Source: a bacterium (GTDB lineage Bacteria; Patescibacteriota; Dojkabacteria; B142; OLB20). From it: a stretch of 64,000 nt of DNA. The notes under the pieces were generated by a model. The model had not been told where the DNA came from. It searched no databases and saw nothing but the letters and a program-made list of their open reading frames with translations. This document shows, piece after piece, positions 1 through 10,047 of the stretch (the first letter of the stretch is position 1; each line of letters starts with the position of its first letter). The position numbers and the translations under genes are program-made. The stretch lies in assembly GCA_037138855.1 (NCBI GenBank), contig JBAXHO010000001.1:6105-70104 (forward strand), given 5' to 3'.

Positions 1-3000
1 GTGGTGTCCTGGTGAAGTTGCTGAATATGGTTATACATTTCCTGATCAGCAGGAAGTAAGTTGGGTAGTTGGTAGCTCGTAGCTCGTAGCTGAGATTCGA
101 GATTCGAGATTCGCAATTCGAAGTCTTCCAGATTCATGAGAATAAATTTCCCGGCATTCCAGAGTTTGTTGCAGAAATTACGGTTGTTGGCGATTTTTTC
201 TTCATATAGTCGGTAATTTTGACCAACAGAATTTCCCAGGATAAAACTGAGGCGGAGGGCATCTGTCCCGTATTTCTGCATCATTTCAAAGGGGTCAATC
301 CCATTTCCTTTAGATTTACTCATTTTAACGCCATTTTTATCAAGCACTAGTCCATGGAGGTAGACATCTTTGAAAGGAGCTATTTTTTCACCTGGTTGTT
401 GATCCCAGGGTTTGCCGTTTGACTTCTGTAGTTCTTTGGCAGCGCGGTAAGGATTGAGTAACATCATTCTAGTCACCCAGAAAAGCAAGATATCCCAACC
501 TGTTTCCATTACTTGGGTCGGGTAGAAGTCCTGATAGTCATTGACACCACTTGCTTTGAGCGTCAAATATGGCCATTGACCGGAAGAAAACCAGGTGTCG
601 AGGACGTCGGAATCTTGATTCCAGATCGGTGACCGGTTATCGGTGACCGGTAATCGGAAGGGAAAGGAATTGATCTCGAGATTGTTGATTTCGTGGGCGC
701 GACTTGCGGCGGGAGTTTCGCCACCAAGTTCTCTTTTAAATACCCGAATTACACCGGAATGGGTAACAATGAGTATTTTTTTGTGGGCATATTTTTGTTT
801 AATGTCAGCGATGAATTCTTGGACACGGGATTCAACTTCTTGGATGCTTTCTCCTCCCGGAATAGTTTCCTGGTAGTTGGCGTCGTTGGCTGAGGTGAAT
901 TCAGGATATTTTAGCTCAGCTTCCTGCCAGAGTAGTCCTTCTAAAATGCCGAAGTTACGTTCTTTCAGTCGATCATCAGTAATTACTTCCAAGCCAAGCT
1001 CTTTGGCAATGATTGTCGCGGTAGTATAGGTTCTTTTTAACGGTGAACTGATAATTAAATCATAGCCGGTATTTTCAGACTTTAGTTTTTTAGCCAATAA
1101 TCCAGTCTGAGTGACACCATTGGCATTGATTTGAGAATCATTTTGACCTGAAATTCTGCCAATATGATTATTATCTGTTTCCGCATGGCGAATCACGTCA
1201 AGAGTTTCGCTTTGAGAATTGGGATTATCGAGTCCCACATAGAGCAGATCTTGATAATCTGAGTTTTCTGAAATGGTTTTACCGGCAATTTTTTCGCGAA
1301 CTACACCATTTTCATCAATAAATTGTTCATGAGTGCCTTTGTACCAAACTGGAATCCGATAACCCCACCAGAGTTGTCTGGTGATACACCAGTCTTCCGG
1401 CGTATTCATCCAGTCAAAATAAGTTTTCTTTTTGCCTTCAGGCATAATTTCAGTAAAACCTTGTTCGACAAGTTCTTTTGCTTTGGCTTTCAAGGGTTTA
1501 GTATCGACAAACCACTGATGAGAAACTAGTGGCTCGATTGGATGTTTGCAACGTTCACAGATTCTGATGCGGTTTTCATATGCAGTATCAATGGAAATCA
1601 GCATCCCGGCAGTTTTCATATCTTCAAGCATTGTCTTTCTAGCTTCATCGGCTTTCATGCCATTATATTTACCAGCCAAATGGTTCATGGTACCATCGAA
1701 ATTGATTACTTGTTTCTCCGGCATACATTCAGTTTGATGACGTTTAGCAATATCCCAGTCTTCCATGGCATGAGCAGGAGTAATTTTGAGTGATCCTGTT
1801 CCAAATTCAGAATCCACTGCTTGATCGCCAATAATATTTAGTTTTGTTGTACTTGTAATAGTTCGAACTGCAAAGCTTTTACCGAGGAATTCCTGATAAC
1901 GCCAGTCATCAGGATCCACTGCAATAGCTGTATCGCCAAAGATCGTTTCCGGTCGGACAGTTCCGATGATAAAGCCATTATTGTAAAATTTATCTTCAGG
2001 ATAGTCAGCAAATTTAATGATATGTACTCCGGCAAAATGCTTACAATAATGCAGGAAAAGTTTTTCTAGTTCATCCTGCAACTCGTTAAGATTTTTTTCA
2101 GGATTAATTACAATTAATTTGTAATCTTTATCGAAACGCATCATGATCGCTTCAGCTTTTCCAGTTACCTTATCACCCTTTTTGAGATTATCAAATCCCA
2201 AAATCCAGGCATCTAGATCTTCACCATCATTGGGATTTTTTTCACCAGCAATATAGCCATAATAATCAAAGGGCCATTGATATTCTTCACCATTTTTTGT
2301 GGTGAATTTATCTCCTTTGCTTCTTTCGACAGTAACTTCAATTTCTTTTCCGGCAAATTTATTTTTTAGGCTAACTGCATATGGTTCGGCATCGATTAAA
2401 CCATATTTAAAATAGATAAATGGGCTTTGACTGTCTTTAAATTCAGTGTCAATATCCGCAAGAGCAGAGGAACAGCGGGGACACCAGTTAATGATTCGCT
2501 TCCCACGATAAATCAGACCATCTTCGTACATCAGGATAAAGGCCTTCAGTACTTCATCGACAATTTTTGGATCCAGTGTAAATAATTCTCTCTCAAAATC
2601 TGCTGATAAGCCGATTTTTTTCTCCTGATTACGCGCTGTAGCAGAATTGTCCATACAGAATTTATAGCAGGCTTTATAGAAAGTTTCTCTCCCTAAGTCT
2701 TTTTTACTTTTACCTTTTTTCGCCAGTTCCTTTTCAAAAACAACTTCTGTCTGAATACCAGCATGATCTTTGCCAGGTAGTAGCAATACTTTTTTACCTA
2801 ACATTCTCTGATATCTACCCATTAGATCCTGGTAAGCATAACCGGACATGTGTCCGAGATGAAGGTTGCCATTGGCATTGGGTGGGGGCAGGGTAATCAT
2901 GAAACTTTCCCGCTCAGGCAGGTGAGCGCTCGAAAGTTCTCGATCGCTTGTGTATTCCGGAGCGTAAAAATTATGATCCAGCCAAAATTTCAGCATCTCT

Positions 3001-3041
3001 GCTTCAGTTTCGGATGGTTTGTAGGGTCCTTTGGGGAGCAT
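1..3041 (-). CDS. valS: Valine--tRNA ligase, 3' end runs off the window; carries two inserted enzyme domains
   Basis: Manual translation from ATG at 3041: MLPKGPYKP...LPPPNANGNLHLGH (HIGH motif), GKDHAGIQT, NWCPRC, GTVRPETIFGDTA, RQLWWGYRIP, DVLDTWFSSGQWP, KMSKSKGN (312-326), RNFCNKLWNA. Motifs checked fall in one frame. Absent from the ORF track because no stop lies in the window. Confidence 0.97.
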   Translation of the reverse strand, partial: MLPKGPYKPSETEAEMLKFWLDHNFYAPEYTSDRELSSAHLPERESFMITLPPPNANGNLHLGHMSGYAYQDLMGRYQRMLGKKVLLLPGKDHAGIQTEVVFEKELAKKGKSKKDLGRETFYKACYKFCMDNSATARNQEKKIGLSADFERELFTLDPKIVDEVLKAFILMYEDGLIYRGKRIINWCPRCSSALADIDTEFKDSQSPFIYFKYGLIDAEPYAVSLKNKFAGKEIEVTVERSKGDKFTTKNGEEYQWPFDYYGYIAGEKNPNDGEDLDAWILGFDNLKKGDKVTGKAEAIMMRFDKDYKLIVINPEKNLNELQDELEKLFLHYCKHFAGVHIIKFADYPEDKFYNNGFIIGTVRPETIFGDTAIAVDPDDWRYQEFLGKSFAVRTITSTTKLNIIGDQAVDSEFGTGSLKITPAHAMEDWDIAKRHQTECMPEKQVINFDGTMNHLAGKYNGMKADEARKTMLEDMKTAGMLISIDTAYENRIRICERCKHPIEPLVSHQWFVDTKPLKAKAKELVEQGFTEIMPEGKKKTYFDWMNTPEDWCITRQLWWGYRIPVWYKGTHEQFIDENGVVREKIAGKTISENSDYQDLLYVGLDNPNSQSETLDVIRHAETDNNHIGRISGQNDSQINANGVTQTGLLAKKLKSENTGYDLIISSPLKRTYTTATIIAKELGLEVITDDRLKERNFGILEGLLWQEAELKYPEFTSANDANYQETIPGGESIQEVESRVQEFIADIKQKYAHKKILIVTHSGVIRVFKRELGGETPAASRAHEINNLEINSFPFRLPVTDNRSPIWNQDSDVLDTWFSSGQWPYLTLKASGVNDYQDFYPTQVMETGWDILLFWVTRMMLLNPYRAAKELQKSNGKPWDQQPGEKIAPFKDVYLHGLVLDKNGVKMSKSKGNGIDPFEMMQKYGTDALRLSFILGNSVGQNYRLYEEKIANNRNFCNKLWNAGKFILMNLEDFELRISNLESQLRATSYQLPNLLPADQEMYNHIQQLHQDT

Positions 3042-3145
3042 AATAAAATCATAAAAGATAAAAGATAGAAGTTAAAAGATAAAAGAATAATACCTTAATA
3101 ATTATTGACTTTTAACTATTAGCTTTTAGCTATTAACTTTTTCCA

Positions 3146-3335
3146 CAAAAAATCCCCACACAACTATCAATCTTGATAATCATATAGGGACCTAGTAAAT
3201 CGGTGGTTCCACCCTAATTCCAATTAAATTTAATTAACTGGCTCTTGAATAGCGATAACGGGCTGCCCGGAAGAATTAGCATTAAGGATTTTCTTCAGCT
3301 CCTGCGGTGACGTCTTTCGCAGTCTAGTGCTTTTA
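3146..3335 (-). promoter_or_regulatory. T-box riboswitch leader of valS
   Basis: Minus strand: T-box GAATTAGGGTGGAACCACCG (3201-3220), stem IIA/B motif GCCCGTTATC, then terminator TCCCTATATGATTATCAA...TTGATAGTTGTGTGGGGATTTTTT. Short hairpin CTGCG-AAAGACGTCAC-CGCAG (3302-3322) shows Val codon GTC in the loop. Confidence 0.88.
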
Positions 3336-3390
3336 GTTATTAAATTGTGCTTGAATTATAACACAATCAGAAAAATGCAGTGGTAAAGAA

Positions 3391-3993
3391 TTAGTCTTTC
3401 CTGAAATAAAAAACATGCCAGTCACCTGTTGTTGATTGGGCATTGGTGTATTTAATTAATTGGAAATTATTTTTGTCAGCAAGTGCCAGGATTTGTTCTT
3501 TTGAATAATAGTAGAATGTCAGTGGTAAATTTCGAAATTCAGCAGTTCTGACAACTTTTTTTCCCTGGCCATTTTTTACACAGATGAATAATATTCCATT
3601 CTTTTTGAGAAGCGTATAAAAATCCTGGATTACTTTGGCGACTTGATCAAAATCTAAATGTACTAATGAACTCATGGCCCAGATCGCATTAAAGGAATTT
3701 GGCTTGAAAGATAAAGCATTGAGGTCAGCTATTTCAAATAGCGCTTTAGGTGCATATTTTCGAGCAGCAGTAATCATGTTTTCACTCAGATCAATTCCTG
3801 TTACTTGAAATCCATTTTCGGTAAAAACCTTACTATCGCGTCCAAATCCACATCCTGCATCCAAAATGTGAGCTGACGGTTGCAATAGCCCCATAAATTC
3901 TTCAAGTAAATGCGAAAAACCTTTACTAGATACTCTTGCCTTAAAATATTCTGCAGTAATTTTATTATATGTATCAATTGTCTGATCTTCCAT
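3391..3993 (-). CDS. Class I SAM-dependent methyltransferase
   Basis: ILDAGCGFGRD motif I, GIDLS motif II. Confidence 0.9.
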   Translation of the reverse strand: MEDQTIDTYNKITAEYFKARVSSKGFSHLLEEFMGLLQPSAHILDAGCGFGRDSKVFTENGFQVTGIDLSENMITAARKYAPKALFEIADLNALSFKPNSFNAIWAMSSLVHLDFDQVAKVIQDFYTLLKKNGILFICVKNGQGKKVVRTAEFRNLPLTFYYYSKEQILALADKNNFQLIKYTNAQSTTGDWHVFYFRKD

Positions 3994-4101
3994 TGGTAAA
4001 TGTGAAAATATGTTGAAATTATAGCATGGAGAAAAATCAAAAGTATGAAACCTACAATCTAAAAAGAATTTTTAATAAGGTGTCTTAAGTCACATTTGGT
4101 A

Positions 4102-4296
4102 TTAAATCGTAGTAGGGTCAACTTTTTTATGCTCAGGACAGCAGTAAAATGCTCGGCTCATAATTTTTTGAATTTTGGCATTTGAAGCAGTACAAAAGTT
4201 ATTACTTAAAAACGGACAGGCATATGTAGTTTGAGTTGGTTGGCCGAGTGCATTATCACAGCGATTATCTTGTTTTAATTTACAGTGAATCTTCAT
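4102..4296 (-). CDS. Small Cys-rich hypothetical protein
   Basis: 64-aa ATG ORF with 6 Cys filling an otherwise empty gap; no family recognised. Confidence 0.4.
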   Translation of the reverse strand: MKIHCKLKQDNRCDNALGQPTQTTYACPFLSNNFCTASNAKIQKIMSRAFYCCPEHKKVDPTTI

Positions 4297-4465
4297 ATAT
4301 TAAATATATCACATTACTTTTCTGCCTAGCAAGAAAAAATGAATACTTGTGATATATCAAATTCAAAGCTTTGTATAATGAAGAATAATAAAACGAAAAT
4401 GTCCGGATTTAAGAATTTTTTAAGAATTTGATGCGAGAATGGAAAAGTAGCAAGTAGCAAGTATC

Positions 4466-5134
4466 ATGACAAAATTAATCAATTTCATTCTTGATTTTCT
4501 TTTTCCGAAGTTCTGTGAATTTTGCGGGATAAAAGGCAGTTATATTTGTTTGGAATGCGAAAAGACTAAGTTTGAATATTATCAGGAGCATGAATGTCAT
4601 GTTTGTCGTAAAAGATGTGGCGAAGGATATGTACACAAATCTTGTACATCGAAAACGGATTTGGATGGTGCTTTCTATCAATTGAAATATACTGCAAACG
4701 TAAAGCGTATTCTACAGCAGTTTAAATTCAATTTTTATTCTTCCTATGTAGAAGACATTGCCCGGGTTTTAAACCGGAAATTCATAAAGCTTTCTCTACA
4801 ATTTGATTTACTGGTAGCTATTCCTTTGCATCGTAAAAGGTCATGGGAGCGTGGCTTTAATCAATCGGAATTATTGATTAAAGCCCTTGGATATCAGGCG
4901 AGTAAATGTTTGATTCGGATTCGTAATACACCTTGTCAATCAAACTTGAAAAGAGAAGAGCGCCTAATTAATTTGAAAAATGCTTTTAAAATCTCTGAAA
5001 ATGTCAGAGGAAAATCCATACTATTGGTTGATGATGTGATTACGACCGGTAGTACTTTGGAAGAATGTGCAGCGGTTTTAAAATTGCATGGAGCTAGAGC
5101 AGTATATGGATTGTGCTGGGCAAGGGGAGAGTAA
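4466..5134 (+). CDS. comF: ComF family competence protein (double zinc ribbon + phosphoribosyltransferase)
   Basis: FPKFCEFC/CLEC/CHVC zinc fingers, RGFNQS, LLVDDVITTGSTL. Confidence 0.93.
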   Translation: MTKLINFILDFLFPKFCEFCGIKGSYICLECEKTKFEYYQEHECHVCRKRCGEGYVHKSCTSKTDLDGAFYQLKYTANVKRILQQFKFNFYSSYVEDIARVLNRKFIKLSLQFDLLVAIPLHRKRSWERGFNQSELLIKALGYQASKCLIRIRNTPCQSNLKREERLINLKNAFKISENVRGKSILLVDDVITTGSTLEECAAVLKLHGARAVYGLCWARGE

Positions 5135-5141
5135 TTAAAAT

Positions 5142-5170
5142 TTGAACATTTGTACCATAAAAGGTACAAT
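5142..5170 (+). promoter_or_regulatory. Sigma70 promoter with overlapping operator palindrome for the TA operon
   Basis: TTGAAC-17 nt-TACAAT; inverted repeat TTGTACC-ATAAAA-GGTACAA (5150-5169). Confidence 0.6.
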
Positions 5171-5184
5171 TTTTACTATATTGT

Positions 5185-5502
5185 ATGAATCTAAAGCAAG
5201 ATATCCAAGTTGATCCAAATGCAGCAAAAGAGATTTTAAGATTTCCAATTGAAGTCAAGAAAGAATTGATGGTGATATTACATATATTGGCAATAGATGG
5301 GCATTTGCAGCAGCCATATGCAAAAAAACTTACGCTTTCATTATTTGAAATTAGAATTAAAGTCAAAGGACAGTGGAGGGTAATATATGCATATTTAGCT
5401 GATAGATGTATTATCATTTTATCTGCTTTTAAAAAGAAAACACAAAGAACTCCAAGTACAAATTTGCAACTTGCAAAAAAGAGATTATTTAGATATTTAT
5501 AA
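5185..5502 (+). CDS. Type II TA toxin, RelE/HigB-like
   Basis: PYAKKL..LFEIRI...WRVIY...ILSAFKKKTQRTP signature; lies upstream of an HTH gene. Confidence 0.88.
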   Translation: MNLKQDIQVDPNAAKEILRFPIEVKKELMVILHILAIDGHLQQPYAKKLTLSLFEIRIKVKGQWRVIYAYLADRCIIILSAFKKKTQRTPSTNLQLAKKRLFRYL

Positions 5503-5509
5503 AAAATTT

Positions 5510-5839
5510 ATGATGAATAAAAATAATTATCAAATTCCGACCATTCAAACCCAAGAATCGATTCGTAAGAACACACTCTCTCTTAGTCAGATGATGGATG
5601 ATTTCTCAGATTCTGATCAAATAGATATTTTAGAGCAGGTGAGATATTATGAATTAAAATTATTGTTGCGAGATACACGTAAAAAAGAAGGAATGACTCA
5701 ACAAAAATTAGCTGACTTATTAAATATTCCACGCACTACCATCGCAAAAATTGAGTCTGGCCAAAGAAATGTAACGGTATTAACATTAATGAAGATCGCC
5801 AAAGTGATGGAGAAAAAATTAATAATTGAACTGAGATGA
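5510..5839 (+). CDS. XRE-family HTH antitoxin (HigA-like)
   Basis: RKKEGMTQQKLADLLNIPRTTIAKIESG HTH; ATG at 5510 preferred over TTG at 5471. Confidence 0.85.
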   Translation: MMNKNNYQIPTIQTQESIRKNTLSLSQMMDDFSDSDQIDILEQVRYYELKLLLRDTRKKEGMTQQKLADLLNIPRTTIAKIESGQRNVTVLTLMKIAKVMEKKLIIELR

Positions 5840-5877
5840 ATTATCTCTGAAAGTACTTCTAAGAAAGCAAGAAACCA

Positions 5878-6582
5878 TTATTCCATCTCTAGTCTTGGGT
5901 GCCAGGTAGTATCAAGTTTGAGTATTTCATCCGGAGTGTATTTTACTTGTAGATATTTTCCATCCAGTTCGTAAACAGTAAACTGGTAATCAGTAATTAT
6001 CGGAAATAAGGTAGGGAAGAAGCTGCATTGGTTTTCATTACCTAGAAGTATTGAGAGCTTTTTCAGTTTAGCTGGTTCATCCTCCAGAGCATCAATTAAT
6101 GCATCCAACATGAGCTGACTACAGGTTTTTTTAGATGGGTTATATAAAGCTTGAGCTGGAGGATTAAGCATAGTTTTTAAATTTGTCTTAATTTGTGGTT
6201 TATGGTATTTGAGATAAAATAAATGTCCTAATACATTTGTAATACTGTATTTTATTCCTTTATCCTGAAACTCAAGGAGTTTTTGAATGTATTTTATTTG
6301 AATTTTTTTATTAAAAATTGTTTTTTGATAGCGATAAATATGGACGTATGGTCCCAATTCCTTGATTAGTTCTACAAAAGGGCTGACGATAATATTTTTG
6401 AAAGCGATAGTCTGAATCACCTTTTTCCTAGCTAAATATGATGCTGAATGAGCGATAAATGTACCTACAGGAAAGTATGTCAGTGTGCGTAACACATCGT
6501 TTATATTTAAACGGGTTAATAATACGTCACCCGGTTGAATTATTTTGTCAAAATTTTTAATTTTATTTGAGAGAACTTGCAT
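5878..6582 (-). CDS. Permuted papain-like NlpC/P60 (YiiX/YebB-like) amidase or acyltransferase
   Basis: QPGDVLL, AHSASYL (His), GIKYS, TCSQL (Cys after His, the permuted order); overlaps the upstream gene. Confidence 0.65.
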   Translation of the reverse strand: MQVLSNKIKNFDKIIQPGDVLLTRLNINDVLRTLTYFPVGTFIAHSASYLARKKVIQTIAFKNIIVSPFVELIKELGPYVHIYRYQKTIFNKKIQIKYIQKLLEFQDKGIKYSITNVLGHLFYLKYHKPQIKTNLKTMLNPPAQALYNPSKKTCSQLMLDALIDALEDEPAKLKKLSILLGNENQCSFFPTLFPIITDYQFTVYELDGKYLQVKYTPDEILKLDTTWHPRLEME

Positions 6583-9100
6583 GTTTGAAATATATTTCTT
6601 CCAAAAAATGAGTAATTTCTATAGCGGATAGATTTTTTGTTGGGTAAATTGGTTTTTCAATGATGAGTTTTACAATACCGCGCTTCTTAGGTCGATATTT
6701 TTGTGAAAAACTGCGATTATCATCATCATCACGGACTGGCCAAATTGTGTCATAACCTTCCAAATAGATTGGAAGAATCGGTTTGGAAAGCTCTTTAGCA
6801 ATATAGCCAATTCCGAAGTTAAATTTATTATGAAAACTATCTGTTTGTAATCTACCTTGAGGAGAGTAAAGCATATAATAGCCTTGTTCAAAGAGATCAG
6901 AAGAAAATTTCAGAATTTTAATTAATTTTTCAGCTTTCTCGTAAAGCGGGATTCCGCCACCAATGACTTCAAGTGCCTTGCCAATGATTTTCAAATTAAG
7001 ATTGTTACTAGTCCAATGAGTTTCTTTAGACAGTAAAAAACATTTTTTTAAACCAAATTGGTTTAGAGCTCGGAGTACACAAATACCATCAAGATAACCA
7101 CAATGATTAAATGAGGCAATAAAACCTTTGGAAGTATCAATTGTTTTAAAATTTTCTATTCCAGAAACTTCAAGTTTGGCATAATGTCCATGTAACGGGA
7201 AAATGATATTTTTTCTGATAGTTGATGTAAATGCTGTTCCTACTTTGCTAAACTGCCATTTTGGAATATATACTTTTTCTGTGACAGCCTGATTATTTTC
7301 AAGATATTTTTGCAGATCAGCGACAGTTGTCTTTGAGGTAATGATTGTCTCCGGGATTACTACCCCCAAATATTCTTCAATTTGGGCTACCAATTCTACT
7401 CTGGTTAAAGAGTCTAAATTGAGATCTTCAGAAAGGATATCTTCATTAGCAATAAATTCTTTTTTTAAACCTGATAAATTTGCAAGAATATCGAAAACGT
7501 TAACAATTGCAGTTTGTTCCTGATAATGTTCTGAGATAATCTGATTGTTTTCGATTTGCAGCGATGCTACTTTCCTCCGGTTTGTCTTCAGGGTATTGGT
7601 TCTGGGGAAATCATCCTCTGGCCATAAAGCATAATTACGGATTTGCTGTTTAGATTCTAAATTTTGATTGATTTCAGAAATAATGGTATCAAGGTTTTTG
7701 GTTGTATGAGATTCGAGAATCAAATATGAAAAGATTTGTGGTTTACCTTGAATTTCTTTTTCCAGCACGCAAGAATATTTTACATCCTGATGCTGGTCAA
7801 TTTTATTCTCTAAGTCTTCGACATAAATTTTTTCTCCACTAGCCAGGACAATTTTAAAAGTACTACGACCAGAGATAGTAAAAAAACCATTATTATCAAT
7901 TTTTCCAATATCTCCAGTATAATAACCGTTGGTTTTGAATGCTGCTGCTGTTTTTTCGGGATTTTCGAAATAACCTTGACTGACGGACTTACTTGTAATT
8001 ATTATTTCGTTTTCTGGTGAAAGAGTAATATTTACTCCGGTGATCGGTTTACCTGCTGAACCAAAACGGTAATGTTTTCGGAGATTGAGAGTAGCTACTG
8101 CTGTAACTTCAGTAGCACCATAGCCTTCCATAATTTCAAAGCCTAAATTATTCCAAATTTCGGCGATTTTTGTATTGAGTGCAGCACCACCAGTTCCTAT
8201 AAAGGCCAGATTATTACCAAAAGTTTGGTGTACTTCTTGGAAGATTTTTCTTCGTAAAAACTTTGGGAGATATTTGGCAATTTTCAGACCTTTTTCTAAT
8301 TTGCTTAATTTACCTTGTTCTGTAGCTTTTTGACGAATTCTTTGCCAAAATAAAGTGAAAAGTTGTGGTACAAAAACAAGGTATGATGGATTGAATTCAT
8401 TCATAGCTTCAGCGAGCTTGAAACTATTAATTCTAGGAAGATAAATAATTTTACCACCCCGGTAAAGAACTGTATAAAGACCAATAAGCTGCTCTAACAT
8501 GTGGCTTAGTGGCAGAATAGAAATTGTTTGATATATTTTTAATTTGGGAATTTCTTTATTCACAGCTTGTAAATTTTCTAAGATGTTTCTGTGTGTAAGT
8601 ATCACGCCCTTAGGTTCTCCGGTAGTACCAGAAGTATAAACTAATTCAGCAATTTGATCAGGATTTGAATTTGGTTCGTATGGTTTTCCGGTTGTCAATT
8701 CATCAAAAAGATCTTCAATAATGAAAATATTTTTTACCTGGAGTTTGAGAAAATCATATCTGAGATATTTTGAAACAAAGGCTATTTGAATCTTGGTTTG
8801 GGTAATAATTTTTGTAATAGTTTCATCACTATTTCGGTAATCAACTGGTACAGCAATTCGAGATGTATCAAACATACTCAATAGTAGAAGGGCATATTCA
8901 GGTGAATTCATCCCCCAGATTAAAACCTTGTCGTTTTTCTCGGTATTTTCTGCCAGGTATTTTGCATAAATACTTTGAATTAGACCAGGTATTTCTTGAT
9001 AGGTTACTTTACTATTGGTAATTTTGCGACGGATTTCAAAGCTGGTTTTTGAAGAGAATCGATCTGAGGCAAAAGTAATTAAATCATGAAAAATCTGCAT
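6563..9100 (-). CDS. Long-chain acyl-CoA/ACP synthetase - acyl carrier - PlsC-type acyltransferase fusion
   Basis: YTSGTTGEPKG, EGYGATE, YYTGDIG (adenylation); LNLDSL (phosphopantetheine Ser); NHCGYLD and PQGR (acyltransferase). Confidence 0.9.
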   Translation of the reverse strand: MQIFHDLITFASDRFSSKTSFEIRRKITNSKVTYQEIPGLIQSIYAKYLAENTEKNDKVLIWGMNSPEYALLLLSMFDTSRIAVPVDYRNSDETITKIITQTKIQIAFVSKYLRYDFLKLQVKNIFIIEDLFDELTTGKPYEPNSNPDQIAELVYTSGTTGEPKGVILTHRNILENLQAVNKEIPKLKIYQTISILPLSHMLEQLIGLYTVLYRGGKIIYLPRINSFKLAEAMNEFNPSYLVFVPQLFTLFWQRIRQKATEQGKLSKLEKGLKIAKYLPKFLRRKIFQEVHQTFGNNLAFIGTGGAALNTKIAEIWNNLGFEIMEGYGATEVTAVATLNLRKHYRFGSAGKPITGVNITLSPENEIIITSKSVSQGYFENPEKTAAAFKTNGYYTGDIGKIDNNGFFTISGRSTFKIVLASGEKIYVEDLENKIDQHQDVKYSCVLEKEIQGKPQIFSYLILESHTTKNLDTIISEINQNLESKQQIRNYALWPEDDFPRTNTLKTNRRKVASLQIENNQIISEHYQEQTAIVNVFDILANLSGLKKEFIANEDILSEDLNLDSLTRVELVAQIEEYLGVVIPETIITSKTTVADLQKYLENNQAVTEKVYIPKWQFSKVGTAFTSTIRKNIIFPLHGHYAKLEVSGIENFKTIDTSKGFIASFNHCGYLDGICVLRALNQFGLKKCFLLSKETHWTSNNLNLKIIGKALEVIGGGIPLYEKAEKLIKILKFSSDLFEQGYYMLYSPQGRLQTDSFHNKFNFGIGYIAKELSKPILPIYLEGYDTIWPVRDDDDNRSFSQKYRPKKRGIVKLIIEKPIYPTKNLSAIEITHFLEEIYFKHASSLK

Positions 9101-9114
9101 TATGAAAGCGCAAT

Positions 9115-10047
9115 TTAATAATTAATAAAGCCAAGTTTTTTTGCTTCTAGATAAGAATATACTGGACTTAAACAATAATTGTTATCTTCGGCTACCCATT
9201 CAGCTAATGTTTTTTGAGCGATAATATTTTGGATCAGACTAATCACTGTTTCAGAAGTAGAAAAGTTATGTTGACTATAATCAGTTAGTTTATTTGTGGT
9301 ACAAAAATCATACCAAAATGCGGGTTCTAGAGCTGCTAAAACCATATAGCGATCATCTTTGGTTTTGTAGATATGGTAACAGGCATATTTGCCCCAAAGA
9401 GGCATTTCGTTTGGAGCAATATTATGTTCTAATTTAGCTTCTGCTGGTGCAGTTAGCGTAAAAAGATGCTGCATTGCCTGTAACATGGAAATATCTAGCC
9501 AGGTTGCTTTTCCGGTGATTTTTGTTGCTAAAATTTTATTTACAGCTTGATAACTTGTAATCACATCAGCAATTTGTACCGGTGGCAAAGGCATCTCTTC
9601 AGAATAGCGGGATTGATAGTCCAGATAACCACTGACTGCAAGAATATTTATATCATGTGCTGCCTTTTTACTTAACGGGTGTTCGTAGCCATAACCGGTA
9701 ATGGAACAGTAAATCAGATTGGGATTGATTTTAATTAAATCCTGGTAGCCTAAACCCATTTTATCCAGAAAATGCGGACGAAAATTTTCGATAATGGCAT
9801 CAGCGGAGCGAACTTCTTCAAGAATTTGTGCTTTACCTTGGTCACTGCGGAGGTCCAGACGAATTAATTTTTTATTTTTATTCAATTCCTGATAAATGAC
9901 ACTAATACCATTTTCAGTAGGTTGTAAATTTCGGAGTAAATCAAAATTGGCATCATGTTCAATTTTGATAATTTCTGATCCCAGTTCGCCGAGAATACTG
10001 GCTGCAAGAGGACCTGGTAACAGGCTGGATAGATCGATTATTTTCAT
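9115..10047 (-). CDS. Family III CoA-transferase (CaiB/BaiF)
   Basis: IIDLSSLLPGP, IKIE, ENFRP, YCSITGYG, HDIN, QIAD. Confidence 0.92.
   Translation of the reverse strand: MKIIDLSSLLPGPLAASILGELGSEIIKIEHDANFDLLRNLQPTENGISVIYQELNKNKKLIRLDLRSDQGKAQILEEVRSADAIIENFRPHFLDKMGLGYQDLIKINPNLIYCSITGYGYEHPLSKKAAHDINILAVSGYLDYQSRYSEEMPLPPVQIADVITSYQAVNKILATKITGKATWLDISMLQAMQHLFTLTAPAEAKLEHNIAPNEMPLWGKYACYHIYKTKDDRYMVLAALEPAFWYDFCTTNKLTDYSQHNFSTSETVISLIQNIIAQKTLAEWVAEDNNYCLSPVYSYLEAKKLGFINY

Noticed and set aside
643-3068. Short ORFs listed in the track over this region
   Set aside because: They are shadows of valS, which occupies the minus strand.
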